In this document: piece by piece, positions 31,017 through 41,182 of the stretch
Position numbering within the stretch: position 1 is the first letter of the stretch
Layout: each line of letters starts with the position of its first letter
From: Cyanobacteriota bacterium
GTDB lineage: Bacteria; Cyanobacteriota; Cyanobacteriia; Cyanobacteriales; Microcoleaceae
Length of the DNA: 64,000 nucleotides
NCBI GenBank assembly: GCA_025362325.1
Contig: JANYGO010000123.1
Location: 10,229 to 74,228, forward strand
Direction: 5' to 3'
Position numbers and translations under genes: made by a program
The notes under the pieces: generated by a model
Databases searched by the model: none
Seen by the model: only the letters and a program-made list of their open reading frames with translations
What the model was told of the DNA's origin: nothing

Positions 31017-31505
31017 TTATTTAAACTCTGCTTCCCAAATCAAAACTAATTCGCGCGCCGCCGCACTTCCCTCAGCCGGAAAATCCGCCAAAAAGTCTTT
31101 ATCCCCCCCCACGTCATAAGGCCCTTCCTTAAACTCCAAAATCACAGTGTCCACAGCCAAAGCTACCAATGTGTGAATAGTGCCCTCTGGAAGTTCCACG
31201 GCGCGGGTGGGCCCGACAGCGCTGACTCGCAACGATCGCAAGATTTGACCGTTTTCGTTCAAAATCAGAATACCCACTTCTCCTTGAATCACGACAAAAA
31301 ACTCAAAACCGTTGACAGCAGGCGGGCGCAGGTGTCGGTGAGGGCGCACGTAAGTACCCGGTTGCAGCACGTTGACAAACCGCTGCACCTTTTCTGACAA
31401 ATCGTGGAAATTGTAGTTTTGTCGCTGGCGGGGGCTGTTGCGGGATGAAGCTGTAACTTTGTCTAGCAATTCCTGCGTCAGACACTTAATCGGAGGGGGC
31501 TGCAC
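31017..31505 (-). CDS. WbuC-family cupin-fold metalloprotein
   Basis: SPRQRQNYNFH, LQPGTYVRPHRH, HTLVAL, EFKEGPY. Confidence 0.9.
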   Translation of the reverse strand: MQPPPIKCLTQELLDKVTASSRNSPRQRQNYNFHDLSEKVQRFVNVLQPGTYVRPHRHLRPPAVNGFEFFVVIQGEVGILILNENGQILRSLRVSAVGPTRAVELPEGTIHTLVALAVDTVILEFKEGPYDVGGDKDFLADFPAEGSAAARELVLIWEAEFK

Positions 31506-31581
31506 AACAGATATCCTGTATTTAATAGTTTTTGAACAAATGGGCTAGTCTGAGATCATCTTTACCAGCATCTCTTGACAT

Positions 31582-32808
31582 ATGAAAATCGCAAATCAGG
31601 TGCGTACCACTAAGGCAATGCGTTTGTCAAGTATTTTTAGAACCAGTATTAGCTCGATCGCCCTTTGGACTATTCTAGTCTGCGCCAGTACAGTTTCTGC
31701 ATCTGAAGCGAGGGCTGGGGCACTGTCGGTTCAGCAGCAATTGCCACAGGAGCAAGTTAAAGAAGAGATTCGCAATCGAGTTCAAGAAGAAGTTGACATT
31801 GCTTTCAGTCGCACTGCCCTGCTGCTGAACGGGATTATAATTGCCTTAACTTTGCTTCCGACAGCAGCCGGAGTCGGTGTTTGGTTTCTGTTGGGCAAAT
31901 TGTCCAAGCAGACAACAATTGCTCGCCAAGAAATTGAAAGCCTCCATTACGATACCATCTCTCAATTAAAACTATTAATTTCCGACGCTGAAAGTATCTT
32001 AGGCGAAATTCAACACCAAAGTCACCCAGCGGATGTAGAAACAGACCTTTTATTGCCCGACGCCCAAATTCAAGAATTTGCTCCGGTTAACTACGGTAAT
32101 TACCAACAGTTATTGACGGCGGCAGACTATGCCAAACAGGGAGATGCTTGTTTCTTTGAAAACCGCTACGAAGATGCGATCACAGCTTACAATCAGGCCC
32201 TGCAAATTCAGCCGGATTTAGCCGACACTTGGAACAACCGGGGAGTCGTGCTGACGAGAATGCAGCGGTATCCAGAGGCGATCGCCTCCTACGAACAAGC
32301 TACCACAATTCGCCCGACTTATCCCGACGCTTGGAACAACCGAGGCGTGGTATTGTTGGAATTGCAGAAGTACCCGGAGGCGATCGGCTGTTACGAACAA
32401 GCAATCCAAGCCAAACCCGATTATGCCGACGCTTGGAACAACCGAGGCGTTGCTTTTTCCAAAATGCAGGAGTACGAACAAGCAGTAATTTCGTACAATC
32501 AAGCCCTCAAAATCAAAAATGATTATACTGACGCTTGGAACAACCGAGGCGTTGCACTCTCCAAATTGCAAAAATACGAAGCGGCGATCGATTCTTATGA
32601 AAATGCTGCAAAAATTCGACCTGATTTTTACAGAATTTGGTATAACAAAGCCAGATGTTATGCGCTACAAGGTAAAATTGAATTAGCAATTGAAAATTTA
32701 AAGCGCGCCCTCAATCTCAATCCGAATTTGTGTAAACAGTTGGCAAAAAGTGAAGCTGATTTGGAGAAGATTCGCGAGCACGATGTATTTAAGCAGTTGA
32801 TTAATTAA
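31582..32808 (+). CDS. TPR-repeat protein with N-terminal membrane segments
   Basis: Repeated 34-aa AWNNRGV units (102-bp period) and terminal WYNKARCYALQG. Confidence 0.92.
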   Translation: MKIANQVRTTKAMRLSSIFRTSISSIALWTILVCASTVSASEARAGALSVQQQLPQEQVKEEIRNRVQEEVDIAFSRTALLLNGIIIALTLLPTAAGVGVWFLLGKLSKQTTIARQEIESLHYDTISQLKLLISDAESILGEIQHQSHPADVETDLLLPDAQIQEFAPVNYGNYQQLLTAADYAKQGDACFFENRYEDAITAYNQALQIQPDLADTWNNRGVVLTRMQRYPEAIASYEQATTIRPTYPDAWNNRGVVLLELQKYPEAIGCYEQAIQAKPDYADAWNNRGVAFSKMQEYEQAVISYNQALKIKNDYTDAWNNRGVALSKLQKYEAAIDSYENAAKIRPDFYRIWYNKARCYALQGKIELAIENLKRALNLNPNLCKQLAKSEADLEKIREHDVFKQLIN

Positions 32809-32818
32809 TCGGAACTCT

Positions 32819-32881
32819 GTAGGGTGCGTGACTACAAATTATTTCAAATTTATCACTGGTGACTAATAAAAGTCACGCACC
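32819..32881. repeat. GTAG-type REP-like inverted repeat
   Basis: GTAGGGTGCGTGACT...AGTCACGCACC. Confidence 0.7.
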
Positions 32882-32896
32882 GAAAAATTACGCTAT

Positions 32897-33979
32897 CTAC
32901 ATTCGATCTATCAATTCATCCGAAGTCACACAAAGTCTTGTGCTGTCTCGATTACTTTTGCCAATATTACACTTTTTGCAAAGAGTTTGTAGATTACTTA
33001 TATCGTTAGAACCACCTTTTGAACGGGGGATAATGTGGTCAACTTCCAATAAAACTCCATCTTCTTTTGACGATCTACCACAGCTAAGACATTTCCATTT
33101 ATCTCTAGCAAGTACAGCCCACCATTTACCTGCTCTCACAAAAGAATAACTGTCTAGTTCAGGTATTTCTGAAGAATCGAAATCTTCCTCATCGCTTTCT
33201 TCTGTTTCTATGTCATTTTCGGTATTTTTAAAAGCGAGATAAAATTCTTTGAATTGCTCAAGCCTATTTTCAAGCTGAGGTTCTCGTCCTTCACCAATAC
33301 AAATAAATGATTCTGCTAAAGCGTATAAGAGGATGAATGCAATAATTAGTTCAGACAATCCTCGCCCTGGACTGACAGGAAAGTAGTATTTTGGTGATAT
33401 CAACCTTATACCATATGCCGTTATTTCTTCAGGCACAATTGCCTTATGAAGAGGTAGAACTTCAAATTCAGGATTATAGGTCGTATGTGAAATACGTGCT
33501 ACCGATAATAGTGGCCGCAAGACATTGCTATACTTAGCGATAAGTTGGGAAATTCTTGCCACGTAAGCATCATCAACGCCTTGACGAAATGGCATTAACT
33601 CAGTATGAATTGTTCCGCTAGGAAATACCTTAAACGTTAGGTAAGTGGGATGATGAAAGAATGGCTGTCCATTTCTCCTGAGAATTTTGAGCGGTTTCTC
33701 ACCCCGTTTTGCAATAATTCCAATATGAACAAAGCCATAGTCTTTGTTCTCCTTTGCTTTATCTCGATGACTTGGAGAGTAGGCAAAAGTCATTCTCTCG
33801 TATGGATTCACATCGTAGACTTGCGCCACAACATCAAGGGTATAACGCAGTAACGTTTCTAGCCGAGGAAAGAAATAATTTTGCAGTGTTGAAAGCCTGG
33901 TTTTTGTGTCAGGGATATTGAAAATTTGAGTATCCCTCTTTTCAAAAATCACTTCATTAATATTGTGACTATCTTGCAC
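32897..33979 (-). CDS. HNH endonuclease with an unrecognised N-terminal domain
   Basis: C-terminal [41 protein letters not shown]; GTG start. Confidence 0.88.
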   Translation of the reverse strand: MQDSHNINEVIFEKRDTQIFNIPDTKTRLSTLQNYFFPRLETLLRYTLDVVAQVYDVNPYERMTFAYSPSHRDKAKENKDYGFVHIGIIAKRGEKPLKILRRNGQPFFHHPTYLTFKVFPSGTIHTELMPFRQGVDDAYVARISQLIAKYSNVLRPLLSVARISHTTYNPEFEVLPLHKAIVPEEITAYGIRLISPKYYFPVSPGRGLSELIIAFILLYALAESFICIGEGREPQLENRLEQFKEFYLAFKNTENDIETEESDEEDFDSSEIPELDSYSFVRAGKWWAVLARDKWKCLSCGRSSKEDGVLLEVDHIIPRSKGGSNDISNLQTLCKKCNIGKSNRDSTRLCVTSDELIDRM

Positions 33980-34304
33980 GTTTCTGACTCCCTGTATTTC
34001 ACGAGCTATTCAATCATATCAAATCCATTTACACTCCTTATGATATCATTTAAGATTTGACATATGTCATTGCGAGCTTTTAGCGAAGCAATCGCAATCG
34101 CTACGATATCATTCCGATGCTGCCGGAAAGGATATCACACCGATCGATAGCTTGCTAGTTTGCTGTATTCCTAACTTGTGGTGGAATTCGAGTCTATCAC
34201 ATATTGCGGACTAAAGTCCACACTACAAACTAATTTTAGTGCAGCCCATCGATCGGACATGATGTAATGGGTTGGGTTTCGTTCCTCAACCCAACCTACA
34301 ACTA

Positions 34305-35177
34305 CTACAAATATTTCTGCAATAGCAAACCCATTTTCTCCTTAGTTGCGGCAGGCACGTTGTCAAGCCGAGTCAGAATTGCATATTTCAAAGCTGAATG
34401 CGACTCAGAAACGGGGGGATTTTCAGTTAGTCTCCGCACTGTTTCTTGAATGGCTTTTTGGGCATTTTCGGCATTGCGGTGCAAGTTTGCAACAACCATT
34501 TCTACGGTTACGCTGTCGTGATCCTCATGCCAGCAGTCGTAGTCTGTGACTAATGCTAAAGTTGCGTAGGCAATTTCTGCTTCTCTGGCTAATTTTGCTT
34601 CCGGCAAATTGGTCATCCCGATAACTGTCGCCCCCCAACTGCGGTAAAGGTGGGATTCTGCTTTTGTGGAAAATGCGGGGCCTTCCATGCAGACGTAGGT
34701 GCCACCGCGGTGCAGGGAAACGTCGGGGAGGTTCAAGGATTCGATCGCACTTGCCAATACTTTAGCCAATTCGCCGCAAACCGGGTCGCCAAATGTAATG
34801 TGACCGACAATTCCTTCTCCGAAAAAGGTAGAAACTCGATTTTTGGTGCGATCGATAAACTGATCCGGTACTACCATATCTAAAGGTTTCGCCTCTGCTT
34901 TCAGGGAACCAACCGCCGACGCCGAGATTAAATACTCAACGCCCAAACTCTTCATTGCGTAAATATTTGCTCGATAAGGCACTTCCGAGGGCAAAAAAGT
35001 GTGGTTGCGGCCGTGTCTTGCCAGAAATGCGACCGGCGTACCGTCTAATGTTCCCACAATCGCGGCATCCGACGGCGAACCAAAAGGTGTATCGATTTTC
35101 ACCTCTTCAATATCCTTGAGGGCCTCCATTTTATACAAACCGCTACCGCCGATAATTCCGATCTTTGCCTGTGCCAT
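34305..35177 (-). CDS. mtnP: S-methyl-5'-thioadenosine phosphorylase
   Basis: [53 protein letters not shown]. Confidence 0.96.
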   Translation of the reverse strand: MAQAKIGIIGGSGLYKMEALKDIEEVKIDTPFGSPSDAAIVGTLDGTPVAFLARHGRNHTFLPSEVPYRANIYAMKSLGVEYLISASAVGSLKAEAKPLDMVVPDQFIDRTKNRVSTFFGEGIVGHITFGDPVCGELAKVLASAIESLNLPDVSLHRGGTYVCMEGPAFSTKAESHLYRSWGATVIGMTNLPEAKLAREAEIAYATLALVTDYDCWHEDHDSVTVEMVVANLHRNAENAQKAIQETVRRLTENPPVSESHSALKYAILTRLDNVPAATKEKMGLLLQKYL

Positions 35178-35245
35178 TTTGACCCTCTGCTGGAGTTTTA
35201 CAAGAGTGATTCTATCTGGCCATCGTTAAGTTGGCGTAAAGATAA

Positions 35246-35394
35246 GTCAATTACCCACCACGCTCGCGGAGTACCGCAGAGCGTGGGGGCTTGTATCTAA
35301 TTGCGCGTGCGAGATGCAATCGCTTTTACGAGCTCGCATTCCTCCCGCCGCCAACCGAGGCGGTATGGTGGGGGAATCCTGCTGTTCTAGTTGA
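35246..35394 (+). mobile_element. Miniature non-autonomous IS200/IS605-type element (left-end and right-end hairpins, no ORF)
   Basis: GTCAATTACCCACCACGCT..AGCGTGGGGGCTTG left end and CATTCCTCCCGCC..GGTGGGGGAATCC right end, about 45 bp apart. Confidence 0.6.
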
Positions 35395-35420
35395 ATATTT
35401 CCTGAAAATAGTTACTCAAC

Positions 35421-35545
35421 ATACAGCGGTTCTCAAGCGTGGTGAGGATAGCCCTATGCCCTATGCCCTATGCCCTATGCCCTATGCCCTATGCCCTATG
35501 CCCTATGCCGTTCGCGTACCTGATCTTTCTGAGAAAGGCTATACA
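35421..35545. repeat. MITE-like element with imperfect TIRs enclosing a (GCCCTAT)n tract
   Basis: ATACAGCGGTTCTCA... and ...TGAGAAAGGCTATA around about eight heptamers. Confidence 0.55.
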
Positions 35546-35651
35546 CTATATTGTCACTCAAAAAATGTGATTTCAATCACAATCTAACTTCACTAAATCT
35601 TTAAAAATAAAGGTACAGAGTTCTGCTATGTACTTTTAGAGTGTTAAGACC

Positions 35652-35852
35652 ATGACAGTCAGTTCTGCTACCGTCCCTAAAGTCTCTGTGGAGGCGATCG
35701 CCCAGCGAATCTTTGCCTTCCGCCAAATTACCCCCCTCGACAGACAACTGCTTCACTCAGCATTCCTCGACGGGCTCGACAAAAAGGATCATTTTCACAT
35801 TGACAGAGTGTGTCAGGGCATCCAAAACGGATTGATTCTGGTTGTGGAATAA
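35652..35852 (+). CDS. Small cyanobacterial hypothetical protein
   Basis: 66 aa; IAQRIFAFRQITPLD..IDRV..G..LVVE pattern seen in small cyanobacterial proteins. Confidence 0.65.
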   Translation: MTVSSATVPKVSVEAIAQRIFAFRQITPLDRQLLHSAFLDGLDKKDHFHIDRVCQGIQNGLILVVE

Positions 35853-36213
35853 CTTGGCTGCACTATCTCTTGCTAGACGAAGAGGTTGTTCTAAAATTTG
35901 TGTTTGAGTCTGTATCTGCTGGAACTAAGTTCGGGCAGTATTTTATTATGTTTGGGCGCGCGAGCAATATTCACATCTATCTCAAGTTTGAATTTTGAAG
36001 ATAAATTCAAACTTGAGATCTTGAAAGCTCAGCAGCAAATCGCTGTATTCCCGATCGCCTTTAGAAAAATTTTAGATATTTTTAACACAAAATTTATCAT
36101 AAATATGCTGTCTAAAGATTTGACAATTATTTACATTTTCGGATTAAAAATCCACACTCATTTACATTTTATTGCTAAAAATTGGTCAAAATTTAAGGAG
36201 ATATTATAACTTC

Positions 36214-36232
36214 GATAATCTCAACTTAACCT
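36214..36232 (+). promoter_or_regulatory. Possible Pho box (SphR site)
   Basis: CTTAACCT (36225-36232) fits PyTTAAPyPy(T/A); a 6/8 copy lies 11 bp upstream; located 113 bp before a phosphatase gene. Confidence 0.35.
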
Positions 36233-36344
36233 AGTTCCATCAAAGTAAGAGGGAGTCAATTATTAGCAGAGCGCCATTGAATGTCAATGGTGTTTTTACG
36301 GCTAAATTTGGCATAAATTTACCCAATAATTAGGAACTAGATCA

Positions 36345-39300
36345 GTGAGAAATGTCATCATTTTTGTTGCAGACGGGCTCCGTCCTGATTCTGTAAATCC
36401 TACTGACGCGCCCACACTCTTCAACCTGCGCCAGCAAGGGGTAAACTTCACCAACAGCCACGCGCTATTTCCCACCTTTACAACACCCAACGCATCGGCG
36501 ATCGCCACGGGACACTACCTAGGCGATACAGGTGACTTCAGCAACACCATCTATGCAGGATTTCCCGTCCCCGGAGCAGCCGGCAGCGTCACCCCATTCA
36601 TCGAAAATAACGCCGTCCTCGCCGACATCGACGAAAAATTCCCCGGAAACGGCTTCTTAGACGAAGAATCCCTGCTCGCATTCGCCAGACAAAACGGCTA
36701 CAGCACAGCAGCCGTCGGCAAACTCGGCCCCATCTTAATTCAAGATGTCACCCAAGGCAATCGAGTTAACGGCACAGTCCCTCCTCCGACCACCATTATC
36801 ATCGACGACACCACCGGCAAAACAGGCGGTGTCCCCCTCAACGCCGACATTACCAAAGCGCTGACCACAGCGGGTTTGCCCGTCGTCACCCCCGATCGCG
36901 GAGCCAACGGCACCAGCGGCACCAACACCACAGCCGGAACCTTGGTGGCTAACAATTCCCAGCAGCAATTCTTTGCCGACGCTACTACCAAAGCAGTTTT
37001 ACCCCTATTTAAAGACAAAGCCCAGCCTTTCGCCTTAGTCTACTGGTCGCGCGACCCCGACGGCACCCAGCACAACCAAGGCGACAGCCTCAACAGCCTC
37101 ACCCCCGGCATCAACGGCCCGACCTCCAAAGCAGCCGTCAAAGATGCCGACAACAACCTCAAACAACTGCTAGATTACCTGCAAGCCAGCGGTCAAGCCG
37201 ACAATACCGATGTTTTCGTCACGGCCGACCACGGATTTTCGACAATCAGCAAATCTGCCGTAGACGCAGCCGGAACCAAAACCACCAGCTACGCGGCATC
37301 GCTCAATTATGCGGGCGTGAACACCGGCTTTTTGCCCAAAGGATTTGTGGCAATTGACCTAGCACGCGCCTTAAATTTGCCGCTGTACGACCCCGACACT
37401 GCCCTCGTACCCCTGAGCGGTGGCAACGTCACGTACACTCCCGTCGATGCTACCCAAGGTCAACTGCCGAAATCCGGCAACGGTTTGATCGGCGGTACGG
37501 GAAAAGTCACAAACTCCCAGACAGACGCCAAAGTCGTAGTCGCAGCCAACGGCGGCTCGGATTTAATTTACATTCCCAATAACGACCCGGCCGTTGCTCA
37601 ACAAGTAGTCAACGTGCTGGCGCAGCAGGATTACATCAGCGGGATTTTTGCCGATACTCAAACCCTCGGCCCGATCGCCGGAACCTTGCCTTTATCGTCG
37701 ATCGGACTGCAAGGATCTGCAAAAACCCCAGTTCCGTCGATCGTCGTCAACTTCCGCACCTTTGCTACCGACGCCAGCAAACCGGCCGGCAGCCAAGTAG
37801 AAATTGCCGATACTGGCTTGCAGCAGGGACAGGGAATGCACGGCAGTTTCGGCCGCGGCGATACTTTTAATAACATGGTGGCGATCGGGCCAGACTTTAA
37901 AAAAGGCTTTACAGATACCGCCCCAGTTAGCAATGCCGACCTAGCGCCGACACTGGCGAAAATTTTGGGCTTCCAACTTCCCAGCACCGGCGACTTGAAA
38001 GGCCGCGTGATCGAAGAAGCTTTAACCGGCGGGCCTAGCACCGTATCTTCTACTGCTGGAACCCTCCGGTCAAGTGCGGCGACTAACGGCGCGCAGACAG
38101 TTTTAAACTACCAGCAGGTAGGCAACACCCGCTATTTTGACACTGCTGGATTTCTGGGGCGCACCGTGGGTCTGACAGCTTTCGCAGCAGTCGCTCCGGC
38201 ATTCCCCACGCCTAGTTCGACGGGATTTGTGAAAAGTTTGTCATTTTTGGGAGAAGCGGCTTTCCCGGCGCGCACAGTTACAGTAGACGGGACGCTGTTG
38301 GGCGGGCTTTCCGGGATTACTTACGACGCGATAAATAACCGTTACTACGCTATTTCGGACGATCGCGGTAGTGCGCCCAACGAACCGGGACAGGCTCCAC
38401 GCTTCTATACAATGAGTGTGGATTTGACAGGTGGGACGCTGGACAACAATAAGGTGAAGTTTACCGGAGTCACAGCCCTACGAAAACCAGACGGCTCAAC
38501 TTTTGCGCCGCTGAGTACGGATACCGAAGGCATCGGTGTCACCGGAAAAGGTACGGTGTATATTTCCTCGGAGGGGGAAGTTAGCGGCACGAATACCATC
38601 CGGGTAGCACCGTTTATTAAAGAGTTTTCCTTAGCAAACGGCCAGCAAGTGGGAACTCTCCCAATTCCGTCGAAGTTTCTCCCAGACTCGGCGACAGCAG
38701 CTTCGCAGACAAAGGGAACTTATGACAATTTGGCGTTTGAAAGTGTGGCGGTGACGCCTAACGGCAAAACTCTGGTGTCGGCGAGCGAGAATGCTTTGGC
38801 TCAAGATGGGCCGAGGGGTACGGCTAGCAGCGGCAGTCGATCGCGCATTGTCAAATTTAACTTAGCATCGGGAGTAGCTGGCAAGGAATTTCTCTATCAA
38901 ACTGACGCGGTGGCGGTGGCGCCCAATCCGGCGACGGGTTTTGCGACGGCGGGTTTGGTGGATTTGTTGGCTTTGGACAATACGGGGAATCACCTTTTGG
39001 CTTTGGAGCGATCGTATTCGTCGGGCGTAGCGGGCACGGGAAACACTATTAAGCTGTACGAAGTGAATCTGGATGGCGCGACCAATATTAAGGGTACTGA
39101 CAGCCTTAACGCTTTGTCTGCGAGTCAGCTTGCTAGCATTCAACCGGCTCAAAAACAACTGCTGCTAAATTTTGACAAGCTGAATCTGCCGTCAGGGTTA
39201 GATAATGTCGAGGGTTTGACTTTCGGGCCGACTCTTGCGGATGGCCGTCGCTCTTTGGTTTTGGTGAGCGACGACAACTTTAGCCCGGGGAATGCTGCGA

Positions 39301-39677
39301 CAACACCGGCGCAGCCGCGTTCTTTTACTCAAGTTTTGGCTTTTGCGGTGGATGTGGGTAGTTCTGCGACGCGGGCGGCGGCTGGTATCGATCTGGTTAC
39401 GGGTTCGAGTTTGAGCGGAGTACCAGATTTTCTCACAGACGGAGGTTCGCAGGGAGTGACTCAGGGAAGCGACAATCTAATTCTGGCCGCGAGTACCGAT
39501 TTGTTTGGTTCAGGAGCAAGCTCTTTGTCTCCTGTGCCAAGTTTGCCGGATGTGCAAGCAGGTGCGAACAATGCGATATTAGATGCGATCGCATCTAAAA
39601 CGAGTTCGCAGGCTGAGTCTAATTCGTTCTTTGGGGCTGTGACCGGCGATTCACAGCCAGTAGGTTTAGCTCTTTAA
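36345..39677 (+). CDS. Alkaline-phosphatase-superfamily (NPP-like) domain fused to a phytase-like esterase beta-propeller
   Basis: VADGLRPD, FPTFTTPNASAIATG, TADHGFST, GMHGS; then GGLSGITYD, DTEGI, NLAFESV, DNVEGLTFGP, LVSDDNF. Confidence 0.88.
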   Translation: MRNVIIFVADGLRPDSVNPTDAPTLFNLRQQGVNFTNSHALFPTFTTPNASAIATGHYLGDTGDFSNTIYAGFPVPGAAGSVTPFIENNAVLADIDEKFPGNGFLDEESLLAFARQNGYSTAAVGKLGPILIQDVTQGNRVNGTVPPPTTIIIDDTTGKTGGVPLNADITKALTTAGLPVVTPDRGANGTSGTNTTAGTLVANNSQQQFFADATTKAVLPLFKDKAQPFALVYWSRDPDGTQHNQGDSLNSLTPGINGPTSKAAVKDADNNLKQLLDYLQASGQADNTDVFVTADHGFSTISKSAVDAAGTKTTSYAASLNYAGVNTGFLPKGFVAIDLARALNLPLYDPDTALVPLSGGNVTYTPVDATQGQLPKSGNGLIGGTGKVTNSQTDAKVVVAANGGSDLIYIPNNDPAVAQQVVNVLAQQDYISGIFADTQTLGPIAGTLPLSSIGLQGSAKTPVPSIVVNFRTFATDASKPAGSQVEIADTGLQQGQGMHGSFGRGDTFNNMVAIGPDFKKGFTDTAPVSNADLAPTLAKILGFQLPSTGDLKGRVIEEALTGGPSTVSSTAGTLRSSAATNGAQTVLNYQQVGNTRYFDTAGFLGRTVGLTAFAAVAPAFPTPSSTGFVKSLSFLGEAAFPARTVTVDGTLLGGLSGITYDAINNRYYAISDDRGSAPNEPGQAPRFYTMSVDLTGGTLDNNKVKFTGVTALRKPDGSTFAPLSTDTEGIGVTGKGTVYISSEGEVSGTNTIRVAPFIKEFSLANGQQVGTLPIPSKFLPDSATAASQTKGTYDNLAFESVAVTPNGKTLVSASENALAQDGPRGTASSGSRSRIVKFNLASGVAGKEFLYQTDAVAVAPNPATGFATAGLVDLLALDNTGNHLLALERSYSSGVAGTGNTIKLYEVNLDGATNIKGTDSLNALSASQLASIQPAQKQLLLNFDKLNLPSGLDNVEGLTFGPTLADGRRSLVLVSDDNFSPGNAATTPAQPRSFTQVLAFAVDVGSSATRAAAGIDLVTGSSLSGVPDFLTDGGSQGVTQGSDNLILAASTDLFGSGASSLSPVPSLPDVQAGANNAILDAIASKTSSQAESNSFFGAVTGDSQPVGLAL

Positions 39678-39744
39678 TACCGTTAACTTTTGCATCGGAA
39701 CTATTTAGCTGTAGGGGTACGCGCCTGCGAGAAATCTTGAAATC

Positions 39745-39853
39745 AGGACTTACACATTAATGCCAAAGAAACCGGGTTTTTTACCTAATCTGTGGACTAC
39801 AACAAAGGATTTTCGTAAAAAACCCGGTTTCTGACCCCCCGTGCATAAGTCCT
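39745..39853. mobile_element. MITE with AGGACTTACACA/TGCATAAGTCCT TIRs and an internal GAAACCGGGTTT...AAACCCGGTTTC hairpin
   Basis: TIRs and internal palindrome seen directly; related interiors at 46890, 51788 and 59155. Confidence 0.7.
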
Positions 39854-39989
39854 ATAAATTTAAACCAAGACTATTTACACTCACGCACCTCCCCAATGAT
39901 TGAATAATTTCGGAGTATTTCATAGGTGTCATACCAATTTTCAAAACTTGTGCAGTCGTAGAGTGCGTCGCTCTCAAAAATGCCTTGCA

Positions 39990-40829
39990 TCAAGCATTAA
40001 AATTCAGCAGCCAAAAGCCAGTATAAGTCATCCCAGTATCATCCGGTTGTACCAACAAAAAATGCAATCCTTGACTCGATTGCTTGCGCTGTTGGTAAAC
40101 TTCCGCCGCCGCTTTTACTTCGCTATCTTCAAAAGTAGCGACAACCCACCTATCTGCTAACCCAGCTTCCAATATCAATCCGTCGGGAGCTCCGGCGATA
40201 TAATTCAATGCGAAGGGTTTGGCATCCTGAAGCCATCTAGCCAAGCGCATCGACTGGCGCCCGCCGTCAATCACCACTCCGGGCACGGGGACTGTTGAGG
40301 CTAGGCCCAAGTTCAGCGGTAACAGCGATTCGGGCATTTCCAATATTGGGAGGGGAAGCCCTGAGAAAGCTTCTGCGATGTCGCCGGCGGGTAGGGAAGC
40401 AAAACGCCAGCCGTCGCCCCAGAGGTTTTCGGGTAGGGGGACAGGTGGTGGAGTGTCAAGGGCGATCGCCCGATAAGCTTCACCTGTATAATTAGGCAAA
40501 CTGGAATATTCTTGGGCGCGTTGTTGCAGCAGGGTTTTCAGAGCCGAAGTGCGCCGAGTCGCTTCTACTTTGACACCCAAAACTTTGCCCGCAGCTTCGA
40601 TTAAGCCGAGAGACTGAGGTCTAAATACTTGAATGATGTCGGGCAAATTATGAATTTTAGCTTGCTGCTGCAACTGGGCGGCTAACCAATTAGAGTTTGC
40701 TTCCGACTGGCGGCAAACAGCGCTAAATTGAAAAGTCTGTGCCCAGTCGCAGATGAGGAGTTCCCACAATGGTTTGCCGGTTTCGTCTCGGAGAGGGCGG
40801 CGGTAGAAATCGGCTTGCCAAATACGCAT
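39990..40829 (-). CDS. Tab2/Atab2-family RNA-binding protein
   Basis: IWQADFYRRP..LWELLIC, FRPQ, VPGVVIDGGRQSMRLARWL, GLHFLLVQPDD..TGFWLL. Confidence 0.92.
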   Translation of the reverse strand: MRIWQADFYRRPLRDETGKPLWELLICDWAQTFQFSAVCRQSEANSNWLAAQLQQQAKIHNLPDIIQVFRPQSLGLIEAAGKVLGVKVEATRRTSALKTLLQQRAQEYSSLPNYTGEAYRAIALDTPPPVPLPENLWGDGWRFASLPAGDIAEAFSGLPLPILEMPESLLPLNLGLASTVPVPGVVIDGGRQSMRLARWLQDAKPFALNYIAGAPDGLILEAGLADRWVVATFEDSEVKAAAEVYQQRKQSSQGLHFLLVQPDDTGMTYTGFWLLNFNA

Positions 40830-40874
40830 GGGAATTAAAAAATAAAGTCAACTTGACTCGATTATTTTAATCTG

Positions 40875-41182
40875 GTTTCGATGCGCGATCGGGATTTAGG
40901 GGTTTTCTTGCGAGGGCTTACGTTGTACCGTCGTTTCAAGCCCTACGTCGGGAAAATGGGTTTTCCCGCTTTAGCAATCCTGCGATTATCGATCCGCGAT
41001 CTGGTTTCAATCCCTAGTAGGGGTTTATGGGTTTTCCCGCAGCCAATCCAGCAGCATAGCATTGCTAGTGCCACGTTTCAATCCCTAGTAGGGGTTTATG
41101 GGTTTTCCCGCGAGACTACAAAATTGTCACACGTATTTTTTACTCGTTTCAATCCCTAGTAGGGGTTTATGGGTTTTCCCGC
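40875..41182 (-). CRISPR. Orphan CRISPR array: three identical 37-bp repeats, two degenerate trailer repeats, three 34-bp spacers and one 21-bp spacer
   Basis: GTTTCAATCCCTAGTAGGGGTTTATGGGTTTTCCCGC at 41004, 41075 and 41146; degenerate copies at 40933 and 40875; minus-strand repeat ends ATTGAAAC. Confidence 0.92.

Noticed and set aside
32225-32570. Regularly spaced direct repeats (102-bp period) resembling a CRISPR array
   Set aside because: They are in-frame TPR codons (AWNNRGV) inside a continuous ORF, and the intervening sequences are homologous to each other.
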